64,000 nt of DNA from Sphaerodactylus townsendi (lineage: Eukaryota), in contig NC_059425.1 of NCBI RefSeq assembly GCF_021028975.2, positions 41,416,001-41,480,000 on the forward strand. Direction: 5' to 3'. The notes beneath the pieces were generated by a model, which saw only the letters and a program-made list of their open reading frames with translations, was not told the origin of the DNA and did no database searches. Numbering within the stretch: position 1 is the stretch's first letter; every line of letters begins with the position of its first letter. Positions 34,832 to 48,672 of this stretch are shown here, one piece after another. The position numbers and the translations under genes were made by a program.

Positions 34832-36929
34832 CCTGGAGGGGAGGGCAGAAGGGACTGCCGGCTGCCGGCTTGGAGCCCAGCCAGTGGGGGGTGGGCAGGG
34901 TGGGTGGGGCAGGGGAGTCTGCTGTCCCTGGCCTTAGAGCGCTGCTTTTATAAGCACTGGGGCCGGGGCAGGGCTTGGGGTGGCATGGTCACACCCCCAG
35001 TGGCAGGTAGTGGAGTGGCCCTGTCCCCAAACCCCCCCCCCCCATAAAAATCTATATCTACATCACTGGATATGGGCGATTTCATGTGAGTGCAGTTTTG
35101 AACAGCATCATGGGAATTGTATGCTCCTCTCTTTGTTTTTGCATATTAAAAATAAATGTAAACCTACGGGTTTGGTGTTCTATTGGAGTCGGGGGAAAGT
35201 GTTGCTGTTGTTTTTATCTCTGAGGGAGCCATAGGAGGATGCTGAAGAAAAAGAGACTTCTGATGGTTTAAGTAATATGCTGAAGTAAATCAGTGTCCAT
35301 GTAGTCTCCTTAGTGGGATCTTCAGTTTTACGTGGTATCTGTAAAGAAGCAATATCCAAACTGCTTTCTAACAAAGCAGTCATAGTTCTGCATGTAGGAA
35401 CTTCGACGATGCCCAAAATATTAAGATAATTCAGAGTAGATTCTGCTAAGGATGACTCCTCTTTCTTCTGAATGCTGTCTATCATTACAACCATAGTAGG
35501 ATCAGGATTCTCCCACCTGACCCACTCCAGCAACTTAGCAGTTGCCATTTAGAGAAGTAACTTTTAGAAAGCCTTGAAGTAGCTGTAAGTACCTTGCACA
35601 AATGAGAAAATCAAAACAAGAAAAGAGAAAATCAAAGTATGCCATCAGCTCAGGGATGATCTGTCCTGAATACAGAATTAGAGATTAAGGGTAGGGGCAA
35701 GAAAATAGCTCCTTGTCTGAAATTTAGTTCCAGCAAAGCCTTCATGATAATTCTAACTCAGAAGCAATGTTGCAAAGATCCTGTTTCTTCATCTTGTACT
35801 TTGATTACCCCTTGCTGCTGAAAAAGTTATTTGACCCACTCAGAGAACTAAATAAATGCGAAAGGTTTATCCTTTTTAGATCATCTGTTTATGTTTAATG
35901 AAAAGTTCTGGCCAGCTAAAAAATTTGCATCCTCTTTCTTCAACAAAAGTGGGATATTTTACCTAATCTTCTGAACTGGTCCTGAACATATGCTTAGCAA
36001 GGTTCTTCCATTGCTTTGTGAAAATGCTGAGTGACTTGCTCTTTGGTATAATCATCCGTAAATGCAATTCTGCAAAATGCATACAGTCAGCTGTGGTTGA
36101 GCGACTTCTTGCATTCACAAATGTTGTCATCCCACCCATCCCTCTCCAGTCACTCCTGCTGAAATAAACACAGATGTAAATTCTTCAACTGCTTTCCTCA
36201 TTCTTCCTTTTATCTGTATTTTATCAGATTTTGGGGAAAATGTACTTGGGTATAAGTAGTATCATTTTCCCTCTTGAAAAATGACTAACAAAAACAATAA
36301 GTTTGGGTTCTTTTTCTGAATACCTGCATGATGTTATTTTGCACTCTGAATGGTTTCTCCCTGATAACAGGCCAATATTTTTAAGAAGTTATTCTTGAAA
36401 ATGGGGGCATTCCAAATCAACAATTGTTGATAATGGGGCTTTCCACAAAGGTCATTCCAAGCTCTAGTAAGGGAGCACCATGGCTCCATTAAGACTTGGA
36501 CCCAAGGGTTAAACCCCGCTTCATATGAACAAATATTTTTGACAGAGACACATGGGCATGGTGGGGATCATAGGACCTTCATGGACAAAAACTACATGGG
36601 ATAGGGGTTGTTAACAAGGAGGTAAGATTGAATGATTAAGCTGACTGATCTAACCATGGCATTTTGCAGCAACAGACCTGACAAAGTGAGAAGCTGAAAT
36701 GCCTATCTGAAAACACAGCAAACGTCAATTCTTGGTTTATGAGTTGGTAAGTTTGTGACTGCCACATAGCTCCTTTTTCATAATACAGGAATGCTGAAAC
36801 CTCATGGGCGGGATGGAGCTTATAGGAAAGACCACGCTAGCACTGCTAGCCCTTTCCCCCTCCAGCTGCTGATACTAGTGTAGTTTTTCTCACATGATCA
36901 CTAAGAGCAAAGTGGGTTGGAGCCAGTTG

Positions 36930-37165
36930 AAAAAGAAAAAGCATTGGATTTATACCCTGCTTTTTTTTACCACAAGGAGACACAAAGCAGTTTATAAACT
37001 CCTTCTCTTCCTTCCCCACAACCGACACCTTCTGAGATAGGTGGGGCACAGAGAGTTCTGAGAGTACTGTTATTAGCCCAAGGTCCTCCTGCAGGCTTCA
37101 TATATATAGTGGGGAAACAAACCCTGTTCTCCAGATTACAGTCCACCACTCTTAATCACTACACC
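36930..37165 (-). mobile_element. tRNA-derived SINE (Squam3-like)
   Basis: GGATTTATACCC...GTTCTGAGAG..CTGT..TAGCCCAAGGTC...CTCCAGATTACAGTCCACCACTCTTAATCACTACACC. Confidence 0.75.
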
Positions 37166-38289
37166 CAGTCACATGGTAGATATGTACAAAAGAGCTGAGG
37201 TCAAATCAAGAATTCTCTGTATGCCCCTGCATGTTCTTATGCACAGAATAAACTATGTTAAGTTGACCAAATGTATATGAGCATGCTTCATTTTGTAGTC
37301 AAGTATCATCCAAATGTTTTAGTTTTCTGTTCACACGATTAGATTCTTGTGGAGCGTGAGCCACTCCTACCACAGTGTTAATAGGGCTGAACACATCTAG
37401 AGGTACATTATCAATTATTTCTCTAAATATCCTTTCATCCTTTCTGCTTATTTTTTAATGTAGAAATCATTAACAGCAGCAGGGCCTATTAGTTATCTTT
37501 GCACTAGAGGGCATTTGTAAACAGGAACAAGAGAGGATTTACTTATTAAAGCTTTTCTTGAAATCCTTTTTTGCTTTTCTAATTAAATTTGTGTAGAACA
37601 AACCTTGAGTAAGTGAAACTCTTGCAATGAATATATCTGAGAGGTATTTGACTTTGAAAGACAGGAATGACACATGGATAAAACTATATCTGAAATACAT
37701 AACTTATGATTTCACAACATTATATAAGGCAAATTTGAAATTCAACTAAACATTTAAAGGCATACATTACTAACATTTCTTATTTGTTGCTGTTGTGATT
37801 GTACTCTCTAATCTCCAGGGTAGTTTAGTGAGGTATATATTAGGCCAGAGACCTATATTATGACCAAGACCATCTATTGAGCTTTGTAGCAGACCTCTTA
37901 CAGCCATGCTTAGAAATTAATTTGGCTGCAATGCAGGCAAAAATATGGTTAAAGATCAGTGGATACATTAATTTTCCTATTGCTCATTACCAAATTTGCT
38001 GTGAATGTGCTATTTGCAATAGCTTGAAATTCCTTTTGTTCATGTATATCTTCTTCTGTTTTTATTGGTCCACTAATACATTGGTAAAACACTGAAAGAA
38101 TCCTGATGCAACTATATGCTGTTGTATCAAGTGTCTTTGGATCACGTTTTGGTTCAGTTTCCCCGTCTTTTAGTTCATTTTGTTTATTTCCCCCTGCTGC
38201 TGATGTATATTTCAGGGCCTAACTCTGGCCTAGCCTAAATGTTGAAGGAAGACTCCTCAGAAGGGAAGAGGACTTGTCAAAGGAAGAAG

Positions 38290-38291
<2 letters not shown>

Positions 38292-38326
<35 letters not shown>
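38292..38326. repeat. (CA)n microsatellite
   Basis: Direct reading. Confidence 0.95.
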
Positions 38327-38328
<2 letters not shown>

Positions 38329-38406
38329 TTATGTCTGATTTGTTACCAAAAGTAGTGGGAGTCTCTCTTTTTTAGAGTGGGGAAATAGTGAGAGCAGACT
38401 CTAGAC

Positions 38407-38544
38407 CAGGGGTCTTCAAACTATGGCCCTGCAGATGTTCCTGGACTACAGTTCCCATCAGTGCCTGCCAGCATGGCCAAGTGGTAGGGCTCATGAGAAT
38501 TGTAGTCTATGAACATCTGGAGGGCCATAGTTTGAAGACCCCTG
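38407..38544. mobile_element. hAT/Charlie-type palindromic MITE (138 bp)
   Basis: TIR CAGGGGTCTTCAAACTATGGCCCT, exact 8-bp TSD CTCTAGAC (NTCTAGAN target preference). Confidence 0.92.
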
Positions 38545-40479
38545 CTCTAGACGTAGCAGAAGGTCAGGCAAGCTCGAGATCTTTGTTGCCTATGTATACA
38601 AAGATCCATTTTTGCAAGCAATTCAGGGATAATGGGGGTACACAAACACGCAATGATCATAGTAGTAGAACATGCAAACACCATCTTTGGATATAAGCAG
38701 TGTTGAGTGGATAGGTTGGGAATGGATGAAAGGAATTGGGGAGTAAGGATTGTAGTCACCTGATCTTGGAGTGGAATGGTCCAATGAACAGAGCTGAATG
38801 GTCTGCACTTAGCTCTGGTAGAAGAAAGAACAATGTGTTGTAGAACAATATCACCAGACAGAGAGATTTTCAGTGCTGTTGGCTACTGTGAGAGGAAACT
38901 TTTTATAGGGAAAAAGGAATCCTCAAGGTTATGCAGAGTGACCCTTAATCTCCCAGGACAATTTTTTAAAATCAATGTATTGTATGCACACATGTGTTAA
39001 TGGTCAGGTGTTTCCCACCTAGCATTTCTTAGGTTAACCATTTTAAAGCTGAGATGGACTTCAGTACTGATGTATGTAGTTCTGAGATAAAATCCTTTGG
39101 TTTCCGGATTTAGTTCCACCAATGTGCTAGTGCAACATGGAATCAAAAGGGGCTTGGTCCTTTCCCAGTAAAGTTATGATGGCTAAAATGGGATGAACAA
39201 AAGGTGGTTTCAGTTGTAAAGCACATGTAGAAAGGATCAGATTCAATCCCATCTATCTGCTAATAAGATCTCATGTATTGGTCTTCTGTTCTCTGCTTGC
39301 CATAAGTGTTTATTTTGGGGCTGGCGCATATGACTGACAGAGTACAGAGGGCTCAGTACTGAGATGGAGGAGAAGGGCCAACAAAATGGAGTCTTGATAG
39401 CAACAGACTGTTTTAATTTTTTTAAAATTGTAAACTGTCTGGTGAATTTTTGTAGAAAACATATAGCTAGGGTAGAAGAAATCTGCAGTCACAGCACAAA
39501 ATGTAGATTTATTCTTTAATTTGTTAATAATTTCATTCTTACAGTAATTCAAGATACATTGCCAACTTTAAAAAATATATAATAAAGACAATAAGAACTA
39601 ACAATTACAAAACCCTCCCTAGAAAATGTCCACAAACATTAAAACTGTACAATACTCCCATTATAAAAATGTTTTCCCGAACAATTACATTTTGCATATT
39701 TTGCAGAATTATGGAAGTGTGGGAACTTTCCTGGCTTCTTTAGACATCCTACGGGCAGGGGCTGCAACATAAAACTCAGGGTTGGGAATTTTGGTTGTTG
39801 TTTTTTAGCCTGGAAGCTCTTATTTTCAGTTTTAAGTGGTCTGTTTTTATGTTCTATGTTTCTATTTTGGGCTGGGTTTTTAATATTGAATTTTAATTGA
39901 TATCTTAATTTTTCAGATTATTTGTATTTGAAAGCTGCTACAGGTATATTACTGGAGAGGTGGCATATTTTTTTCTAAATAAATAAATAAAGCTCAGGTG
40001 CAGGCAGCTGTTGATTTTACCGTTTTCAGGGTTTTGCTCAGGTCAAACTGTTGCAAAGGGGCATTTTAGGAAGGGTGGGTCTGCAGATATATGGTTCCAG
40101 CTTATGAAGCAGTTTATAGGTAATAATTAAACCCAGAAACTAGCAGGCAACTAATGAAGTAACCCATGTGGTGGTCACCAGCAAAATCTTTACAAAAGGT
40201 GTGTTTTGAGAAGAAATCCAAGGGATTCAAAGAAAGAGCAGCTGCTCCAGACGTCAGAGATAGTGGTTGTACAAATTTCTGAAGAGAATAAACCAAAGGA
40301 TATCAGCTCTGAGGAGGAACATGAATCACAAAGAGACTAATGGGGAATGGATATGAGGTAATAGGCAGTCTCAGAGTGGATGTCATAAATGTAGAAAGTA
40401 ACTTGAAACTGTCATGTCACACACATGAACAGTAATTCCTGTTGTGCTAAGCAAACGGGTGGCAGCTATAGCAGTGAAG

Positions 40480-40960
40480 CTCAATCCTGCATGCAGGATC
40501 ACTCCCCTTACCTTGCTTGCTTGGGAAGCAAGGTGGTGGTGGTGGGGAGATGGCACGATCCTGCATGCCTTTTTACTGAATAAAGTACATCATTGAACTC
40601 AGTCTTACCTGCTGATTTCGGCAATATATAGCTTCCCTACCCCCCCTTTTAAAATTTTCGACGTCATGTCTTCGAAACGATGTCTTCGATGTCATGTCTT
40701 CGATGTCATGTCTTCGAAACGTCACAGACTTGATATGAGAATCCATGTAAAGACACATCATCTAATTTTTTTTAAAAAAATGGAAACTATATTTTGCCAA
40801 AATCGGCAAGAATAATGGAAATCAATGAGGTTATTTATTCTGTAAAAAGTTATGCAGGATTGTGCTGTCTTCTCCATCCTCCCTTGCTTCCCAAGGACTG
40901 CGGGCCTTGGGAAGCGAGATGATGGGGGGGGGGAGCACGATCCTGCATGCAGGACTGAGT
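40480..40960. mobile_element. Foldback DNA element with CpG-rich tandem core
   Basis: Imperfect inverted arms ~40480-40640 and ~40780-40960; core of GTCATGTCTTCGA(T/A) repeats at 40660-40724. Confidence 0.6.
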
Positions 40961-41179
40961 ACACTCATGTAGGATCACTCCCCCGCCCACACACAATTGC
41001 TATTGAAATCAATGAAACTTACCCTGCATATTTAAATCATATCCATTTCAATTTATGGCGCTTTAATGCAACAAACATTTTCTGGTTTGTGCACAGCATG
41101 CTCAGAGAAATCATTTCATTTCCAGCTTAATAGTAGATGTATAAATGGATTTTAGTATAACATTTAGATTAAGGAAAAC

Positions 41180-41390
41180 CAGGGAGGTATAGTAGTTACA
41201 TTGTCAGGGTAGGATCTGGGAGACCCCAGTTGAAATCCCCACTGTGCCATGAAAGAAAACTTGCTGAGCCACTCATACTCTCTCATGCTGACTTACCTTT
41301 TAGCTTTGTGATGAGCGTAAAAACGAAGAGAGGAGAATGAGGTAATCCTTAATGGGAGAAAAAGGTGGTGTATAAATGAAGTAAATAAAT
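41180..41390 (+). mobile_element. tRNA-derived SINE (degenerate)
   Basis: TAGGATCTGGGAGACCCCAGTTGAAATCCCCACTGTGCCATG...TATAAATGAAGTAAATAAAT. Confidence 0.6.
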
Positions 41391-44300
41391 GCAGAATGTT
41401 GTTTCTTGCCTGGAAATCCCTTCAGTAATGATTCATACCCCTAATATCTTTAAATCTCCATATGCACCATCCCAGCACCATCAATGGTCCTGCAGCAGCC
41501 ACCATTTGGGGATTCCTTTTGTGAACAGTTCTTTTTAAAAAGCAATTTGCACATTTGTCAAACACATACAAAAGCCTCACTTGTCAAACACATAAAAATC
41601 CCTATGTCCCAAAGACCATTAAAGATCCTTCTGATTAGCCTTCATTTCCTCTATTCAGTACAATTCCTTGAAGATTACAGAATGGATGGAGAGTTGTTAA
41701 CATCCAAATCTTTGGTGGTTTGGTTTTCTTCAATAATCAACAAGCTGTTTTTTTGTAGGATCTCTCTTGCTGCATCCAAATATTAACTGCTGATTTCACA
41801 TAGGGAAAATATAAAACCAGGTGCTTTCTGAATTTGACTGGTAATGTTTAAAAATACAGCTCTGTTCCAATTTGCGCTTTAACAACAAATCAATTAATAA
41901 ATTAGAAAATCACAGGGAGCTAAAAACAGTTTTATTACTATATATTTTATTGTCTCTGGAATTTAATTTTTTATGGCTTTGGAGAAATGGAATCCCGTTT
42001 AGTTAAATTACTCAATTGGTTTCGCTTAAGGCTAGTATTTTGGAAGCAAGAAAACAAATCTATTTAGAATGTTTCTTGTACAGCTATCACATACAAATGC
42101 TGGTAATCTAGTTGGTGAGTAAGATTTGATTTTGCTAATCATTTATTTAATTACCCAATCTGATAGAAAACTAACAGCTGGTTCAAATAGGCATCTCTAA
42201 AACTCTGTGATACCCACATGACAATCTGCATGTATGATGGAGTCATGACAGATAGAACTCTATAGAACTCACATAGCTTCTCACATCTTATACATCATTC
42301 TTTTGCTGGTCCCAGGCAGGGAAGGGGAAGGGAGGTCTGCAGGAATCACCCATTGAGTGGTGAAATAGCTGGTCACAGTATGGTTTATTGTTTTACAGTC
42401 ATAAGGAGCAAAGGGCACAGCTTAAGGGATGGATCCTGTTGTCAGCCAGAAATCTTGCTGACCCCCCCTCCCCTCCTCCACACAGCCCGGATGCTGGGGG
42501 AAACCCAAAGTGACAAGTCTGCAGGACCAATTTGGACACTGGCCCTGAATTGAGTTTCCCTTGTGACATCACCTAGGGGTGTAGATCAACTGGCATCCCT
42601 GCCTGGCCATGGTTCCAAGGCCTACCCCACCCCAAGGTCCTTTAGGAGTCCCCCAGTGATGGAGAGTCAGGTGCACAATCTTTCTCTTCTCCAGAGAACC
42701 AGTCCCCATGCACAACCTGCCAAAGAGCACAGACTCCCATGTCAGAGCTCCCATCCAAACCTCATAAGCCTGCCCCAATTGCCCAGCTCCTGTTAACTGA
42801 GTTGTTTTAATTGTTAATTATTATTGATTTTATTGTGTTTTATTGTGTTTTTTTCTACTGTACACTGCCCAGAGCTCTTTGAGGGTGGGCAGTTTATTAA
42901 ATTGAATAAATAATAAAAATAATGAATGCCCCACCATTGAGCTGATAAAGGGCAGCCATTCAGGAGAGGATGTTGGGGTGCTGGACAGACCTGCCCCTGA
43001 GAGCGTGACAAACTGCACCATGGCCTTGCACTTGGCCAAGTCCACCTTGTCCAGGGCCACAGCCCTCTGCCATATGCGCCACTGCAGCAGATCAGACCAG
43101 AAAAGCATGGTGTGTGGAAGCTATTGATGCAGAATCCCCATGCAGCAGATGAGGAGCATGCCAGAAGCGTATCAAGGGGAAATTGTGCCTGGGGGCAACA
43201 CCTCCTCTGGGTACCCCCACTAGCCCGCATCCCATGGCCTGCGCCCCCTGTGCTTGGGGGGGCTCAAGGGTGGGGGGGCTCAGGGGAGGGGCTTGAACCG
43301 AGCTCCCCTGCCTCCTCAGGCCAGCCAGTTTGTTTTCCTGGCAACTGAGCAGTTCTAAGTGCTGACTATATTTTGCAGATTTCTGACTTTTTTGGAACTT
43401 CAAGAGGCTCCATAGTCTAATTTAAAATTGGGTTGCCTTTATTTTCCAGTTCCAGGACTGCAGTTTAATATAGTCTGAGTTGGCATAATTTCTTTTTTCC
43501 CCAGGGAACATGTTTCCCAGGGGGTGGGGGGGAGATCCATCCATGCTTTGCTTTTGAATTGTGTGTGTTCCTTTAAAAAAAACAGTGTTAGTTAACTTGC
43601 AGTGTATTCCTAAACAAATTAACAACTTTGTAAACCCATTGACTTCAGTGAGTTTAAAAGACTTTCTCAATTTAGGATTGCACTGTTCAATAATGTAAAA
43701 TATGTAGTTATACATCTTTTTGTATTTGAGTCTTGAAGATTGTAATCAAATTTATTTGACTGTCTTCCAGAAACATGCTAATATCTGCAACTGGTGAACA
43801 GAGCATGGTGGTCCATTGATAAGAGTATGTTGTAGCTTTTTAGGGACATTTTCTCATGTTTGCTGTGTGCAGAGAATGAGGGAAGAGTTCATAGTACCAG
43901 CAGTAGTGTATGAACTTCTGTGATTGCTCTCACACCACTTTCTGTAAGATCAGATAGACAGGAATGGCAGTGGTAGCATCAACCATCTTGAAGTTCAGAA
44001 GATTGTGTAGGAAAACTACTACATTGCTGCCATTCATGTCCATGTGATCCACTTTCTTCCAGTAACATCTGCTTTGCAGTGTTTCTCATTCCACACTGTC
44101 ATTTATATGTGGATTTGGTTTTCTGAGCACAATTCAAGATGTTGATTATAACCAATAAGTCCCTTAATAATTGCAGTCAGATTGTCAAGGACAAAAACCC
44201 TTTCTTGAAGTTCTTTGTTTTCTTTGTTAGGTGACTACATGGACAGAGACCATCATATTTTGAGCAAACAAGTTGATAGCATGAAGTCCTATAAACACGA

Positions 44301-44964
44301 TGACCAAATTTAGATGACAAAATGTGCCAAGTCAGGGTCTCTGCTGTAAGATGCTGATGCGAGAATGGATGTTGTGAACTTGATCCTGAAATGCAGCTGG
44401 CAGGAGATACTACTTCATTTGCTAGGCAAGTGTTTGTGGACAGAATTTTGTGTTTGTACCTGGCTAATCCTCAGCCCTCTTTCTGCCTGTCAATCACATA
44501 GGTTAATGTTGTACATTCCTATTCTGAACATCAAGATGGCTCTGAAGTCCACTCAGTCTAGGTACTTTAATAGATTCAATCCAAGCCTCACACGATGAGC
44601 TGTCTAGTTCAAGCCCCACTTGATAGCCAAAAGGACGTTCAAGGTGTCATTGCTTGGAGCAATTCATTTTTAATGTGCATTTTACTGAAAAGGTAAACAA
44701 TTGATTTTCATCCCCTTATTTAGGGGGGAAAAACTCAAAACTGATATTTGGGGAGAAACCTAGAGTTAAATATTTTTTCCTTCTATTTAACAAGCAAACA
44801 TTAACTATCAATATAGATCATCACTATTTGAATTCTGTATGCTTTTGCTCAAAGAAACTTGGCTAGTCCAATTCAGACATAATTTTTGCAGAGACAAAGA
44901 CAATTTTTAGTTGTTTTGCCATGCAGTAAAATCATACATTGTGCTGGTCCATATTTGTCTGGAG

Positions 44965-45112
44965 CAGGGGTAGGGAACCTGCGGCTCTCCAGATGTTGAG
45001 GAACTACAATTCCCATCAGCCTTTGTCAGCATGGCCAATTGGCCATGCTGGCAGAGGCTGATGGGAATTGTAGTTCCTCAACATCTGGAGAGCCGCAGGT
45101 TCCCTACCCCTG
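44965..45112. mobile_element. Young hAT palindromic MITE (148 bp)
   Basis: Near-perfect palindrome centred on CCAATTGG; exact 8-bp TSD GTCTGGAG. Confidence 0.93.
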
Positions 45113-45155
45113 GTCTGGAGTGTCTTGATTTTTCTGATACCTATTCCCAGAAAAA

Positions 45156-45572
45156 CAGTGGCGTGTTGGGTTAAATTGTGCCTGGGTCATTACTGTCTTC
45201 CTGCACATACCCCCGGCTCCCTGCGGAGCTAGCAGGGAGGCCAAGGGAGGCGACTTGGGTGGGCATTGCAGCTGCCTGCCACCGAACCCTGCCCACCAAC
45301 CTCCTTCTAGGCTGGCACCTGCCCTCCCCAGGCCTTCACTGGCTGAGCTCCTCTCTGCAGTAGAAGGCCGGCTCCCACTCATCCAGGGAGGCCAGGGGGT
45401 GGGGCTCGGCAGTAGGTGGCCACGGCACCTGCCACAGTGGTAGGCCGACTCCTGCCCTCCACGCTGCAGGAAAGGCTGGCTGCAGGGACCCAGCAGCACC
45501 CCCTCACATGTTGGAACAGCATGCACCTGGGGACATGGGATACCTCACGTCCCCATTAGCAGTACACCACTG
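45156..45572. mobile_element. hAT-type GC-rich non-autonomous element
   Basis: TIRs CAGTGGCGTGTTG / CAGTACACCACTG; TSD CAGAAAAA/AAGAAAAA (7/8). Confidence 0.75.
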
Positions 45573-47910
45573 AAGAAAAATCACTCTCCCTTTTCTGCCC
45601 CTAGCAAAATGTTGGAGATAGCTTTGAACAAAATGCATATGTGAGTTGGTTAGGTTGACATTCTTCAAGGTTTCAACCTCTTCCTGAAGATTTTTTCCCC
45701 ACAAAAGTTGAGACCACTGCAATACAATCTGGAATCATGGGTCAGAATTCTGCTGCAACCTTTGGAATTTTGGATAATATACACAGTCATTGGATAAGGT
45801 GAATTTCCTCCAGAATTTCTCGGTATGATTGTACACGTTGATAGCAAGGTATGAGTGGAAATACGAGTAAATGAATTGCATTTCTCTGGCGAGAAAGACA
45901 TTCAGCTGAAAGCTTGGGAATTCAGATCAGATAGTTCCCTTGGGGATTGCTAGATTGAGTGGAAAGGCAGCATAAACATGTTTGTGTGTATATATACACA
46001 TATACAATTATCCACTGAAGAGTTACAAAGGGCTAGATGTAATCTGAAGTAGAGGGGGAATGTTTAATCATTTTCCTCCCTCCTGCCACTTTTTACAGAA
46101 TTTCCAGGGAAACATGGTCTTTTGTGCATTTTCTTCTTGCCTCGAGGCTGTTTGCTTAGTAGTGGGGTTTTCTTGTGGTTTTCTGATTGCACAAGAGATT
46201 GGCCCAAAGTACTCACTCAGTTCTCAGGTCCATTCAGCAGAGACAAGCTGGTCCATAACTGCTTTTATGAAGGGACCTCTTACAATCATCTTACAACCAT
46301 CAGCATTTGCCACAGAGGACTTGAAACTGACACTGAGCGCTCCACCTAGTAGGACCATTCTAAATCACACAGATAATTAATAGGGGAGGATCAGAGTCCT
46401 TTTGCCTGCACTATTGCATTTTAAAAGGGACCTTTTCTTCTTATCTAAAGTACATCTTCCAGTTCAACAGGGGCAAAAGTGTAAATCCTGCATGCCTTGT
46501 TGTTTTCCTGACCCTCTCCCATTTTTTTCATGGGGTCTGTTAACTGAGTAGATCAGTCCTTTTCACCAGCATTAGTCCTGTAGTGTTAACCCCCCCCCCT
46601 CAAAAAAACACACAAGTCTTTCTGATCCTTAGGAAATGCTGTCCAGAAGAACAGAAAAAATGTGTTGCTGGGGAAGGCAGGAAGGAGCAACGAAACAGTT
46701 TTGCTGTTTTGCTTTGCGGGGGAAAAGCAAAGCAACTGAAAGGGCTGCATTTTTGCCAGCATGTGGATATGGTGCAGCTTCTCTGCGCTGCCCAGTGGTG
46801 GTTTAAGAAAGGGTAAAGAACAATGCATAAAGGAACATCTGTGGTGAAGGAAAGGTAAGCTGGCTGTGAGGCAGATGCAAGTGTGTAAATGGCCATTGCT
46901 TGGAAGGGGATAGCTCTCCCATCCTCTGCTTTTCCTCTTCAGATTGTTCCTTTCTTTGTCATGTTTGAAACTGTTCGTTGAAGATTTGTGCTCTCAGAAG
47001 TGGGCGTCTGATGAATGTGTATTTTTAGCAATAAATTCATAGCTGGAATTAACAACAATTGGACAGAAAAAATCTTCCTAAGTCAGACATTTCAGTAGGC
47101 CTGCCTCTTACCTATTAGTCAGCTGTGACTAGGTAATCATAGCTCTGCCTTGCAGTTCTATGAATGCAGCAGGAAGCTAATGCGAAGCACTGACCTTGAC
47201 TGTGGGCACCGCTGTGGCTGTTGAAAAGCAACTTATTTTCTAACCTAAAACTAGTGGTTGTGTGATCTGACCTTGAAGAAGTGATGGTCAAGAGATAAGG
47301 TGAGGAAAGAGAGAGACCCGTGGAGTAAGCAGTATTTTGGTCCACTCTAGATGACAAAGCCAGCTAGAGTTCTCTGCATCTTAGAAACCTTACAAAGGAT
47401 CAAAGTGCTGAAGTATTCTTTGCAATAGCTTAGCTTTCTGGAGTATAGTCTGGCATTACCACATACATTATGTCAGATGTATACCTTACATGTAAAAATG
47501 CCAAATCTGTCAACCTAACCCTGCAATAAGTATATTTGCAAAGTATATTTGTGAGGTATATTTGCAAAAAAAACCCAAACCCCTGTGAAGTATATTTGCA
47601 AAATTTTCAATTCTAGCCAACAAACCTTAGCACCCAGGTGTTTGGTACTACAACCTTGTTGCCCCTCTGGCTTTAATTCATAGACAGTATGTTTAAACGT
47701 AAAAAAGTCCTGCTTTTGTACGTATGAAGCTAAGAGTATATGGTAAAGACCTTGAGGACTGTACGGTACCATTGTTCTTCCTTAACTGCAAGGATAGTGT
47801 GCATATCGTTTTGTGGGTAGAGGTGTGGCCCTTCCCTCAGGTTACCTAAGCCCCCAGCGCTACATAAAACACCAGACAACTTTTGTGTGGGTAATAAAAT
47901 AGACCACAGT

Positions 47911-48672
47911 TGTAGAATTTTATTGACAGAAGGCACTGGAAATCTACATGGCGCAGCATGGGGAGGTAATCCAAGCCTCTGGGCAACCCGAGTGCTGTCC
48001 CCCAGAGTGAACCAGTTCCTCCAGCTCGCCTGCTGGAGGAATCTGTACCTTAGTGAAGAGTTAGAGTGAGGCATACCAAACCGGTAAAGTGCTCATGACT
48101 GGAGCCCCTCTAACCCTCGCTGGGGCATAAGCACCTTCGCCCCCCATGGGGCATCCCAACTGTCGGCTTGTTCCACCCCTACCTCTTAAGGAGGTGTACT
48201 AACAGGGGAGCTCCCCCAGCTCCCCCTTCTCAGCAGATCACCCCATCATGCGCAACCCGCAAATGACTATGACAAAGACATTACACTTAAAAACCACTGA
48301 TTTAAAGGGAATGGGTGGGCGAGCTATGTCCAGATGTCTGCCGCAGAGTGGGCGCCGGCCACAAGGCAGGACCTTTTATAGGCCCTGCCTGGCTCACTCC
48401 TATGATGTGTTCTTGCACACCTCGCAAGAGCACGTCATCCAATCCAAGCCCGGCCTCCATGCATGCGCGATGCTGGGCTTGAAGCCAATGGGCCTCTGCG
48501 CATGTGCCCAGCCCCGGTTGATGCCCAGCCTCCGTGCATATGCGTACTGGGCCCTGAGGCTGCCCCGGCCTTCGCGCATGCGCGAACCAGGCCAGGGAAG
48601 CCTTACTGTCTGCCCACAACTGGGCAGACGGTCTCCGTTGTGCCCCCCATTCCTCCTGCAATGGCGGCCACA
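47911..48672 (-). mobile_element. Probable solo LTR with intact promoter layout
   Basis: On the minus strand: NRF1-like repeats, then CCAAT and CACGTCA motifs, CTATAAAAGG (48381-48372), AATAAA (47924-47919) and a TACA terminus; TSD not found. Confidence 0.5.

Noticed and set aside
35180-35548. 122-aa minus-strand ORF; the plus strand has faint LVGSSVLRGI...VLHVGT similarity to LINE ORF1 SGNH esterases
   Set aside because: ORF not recognised; the esterase motifs are too close together and too degraded to call.
44233-44313. Acceptor TTTTCTTTGTTAG followed by DYMDRDHHILSKQVDSMKSYKHDDQI*
   Set aside because: No recognisable homology or linked exons; could be chance.
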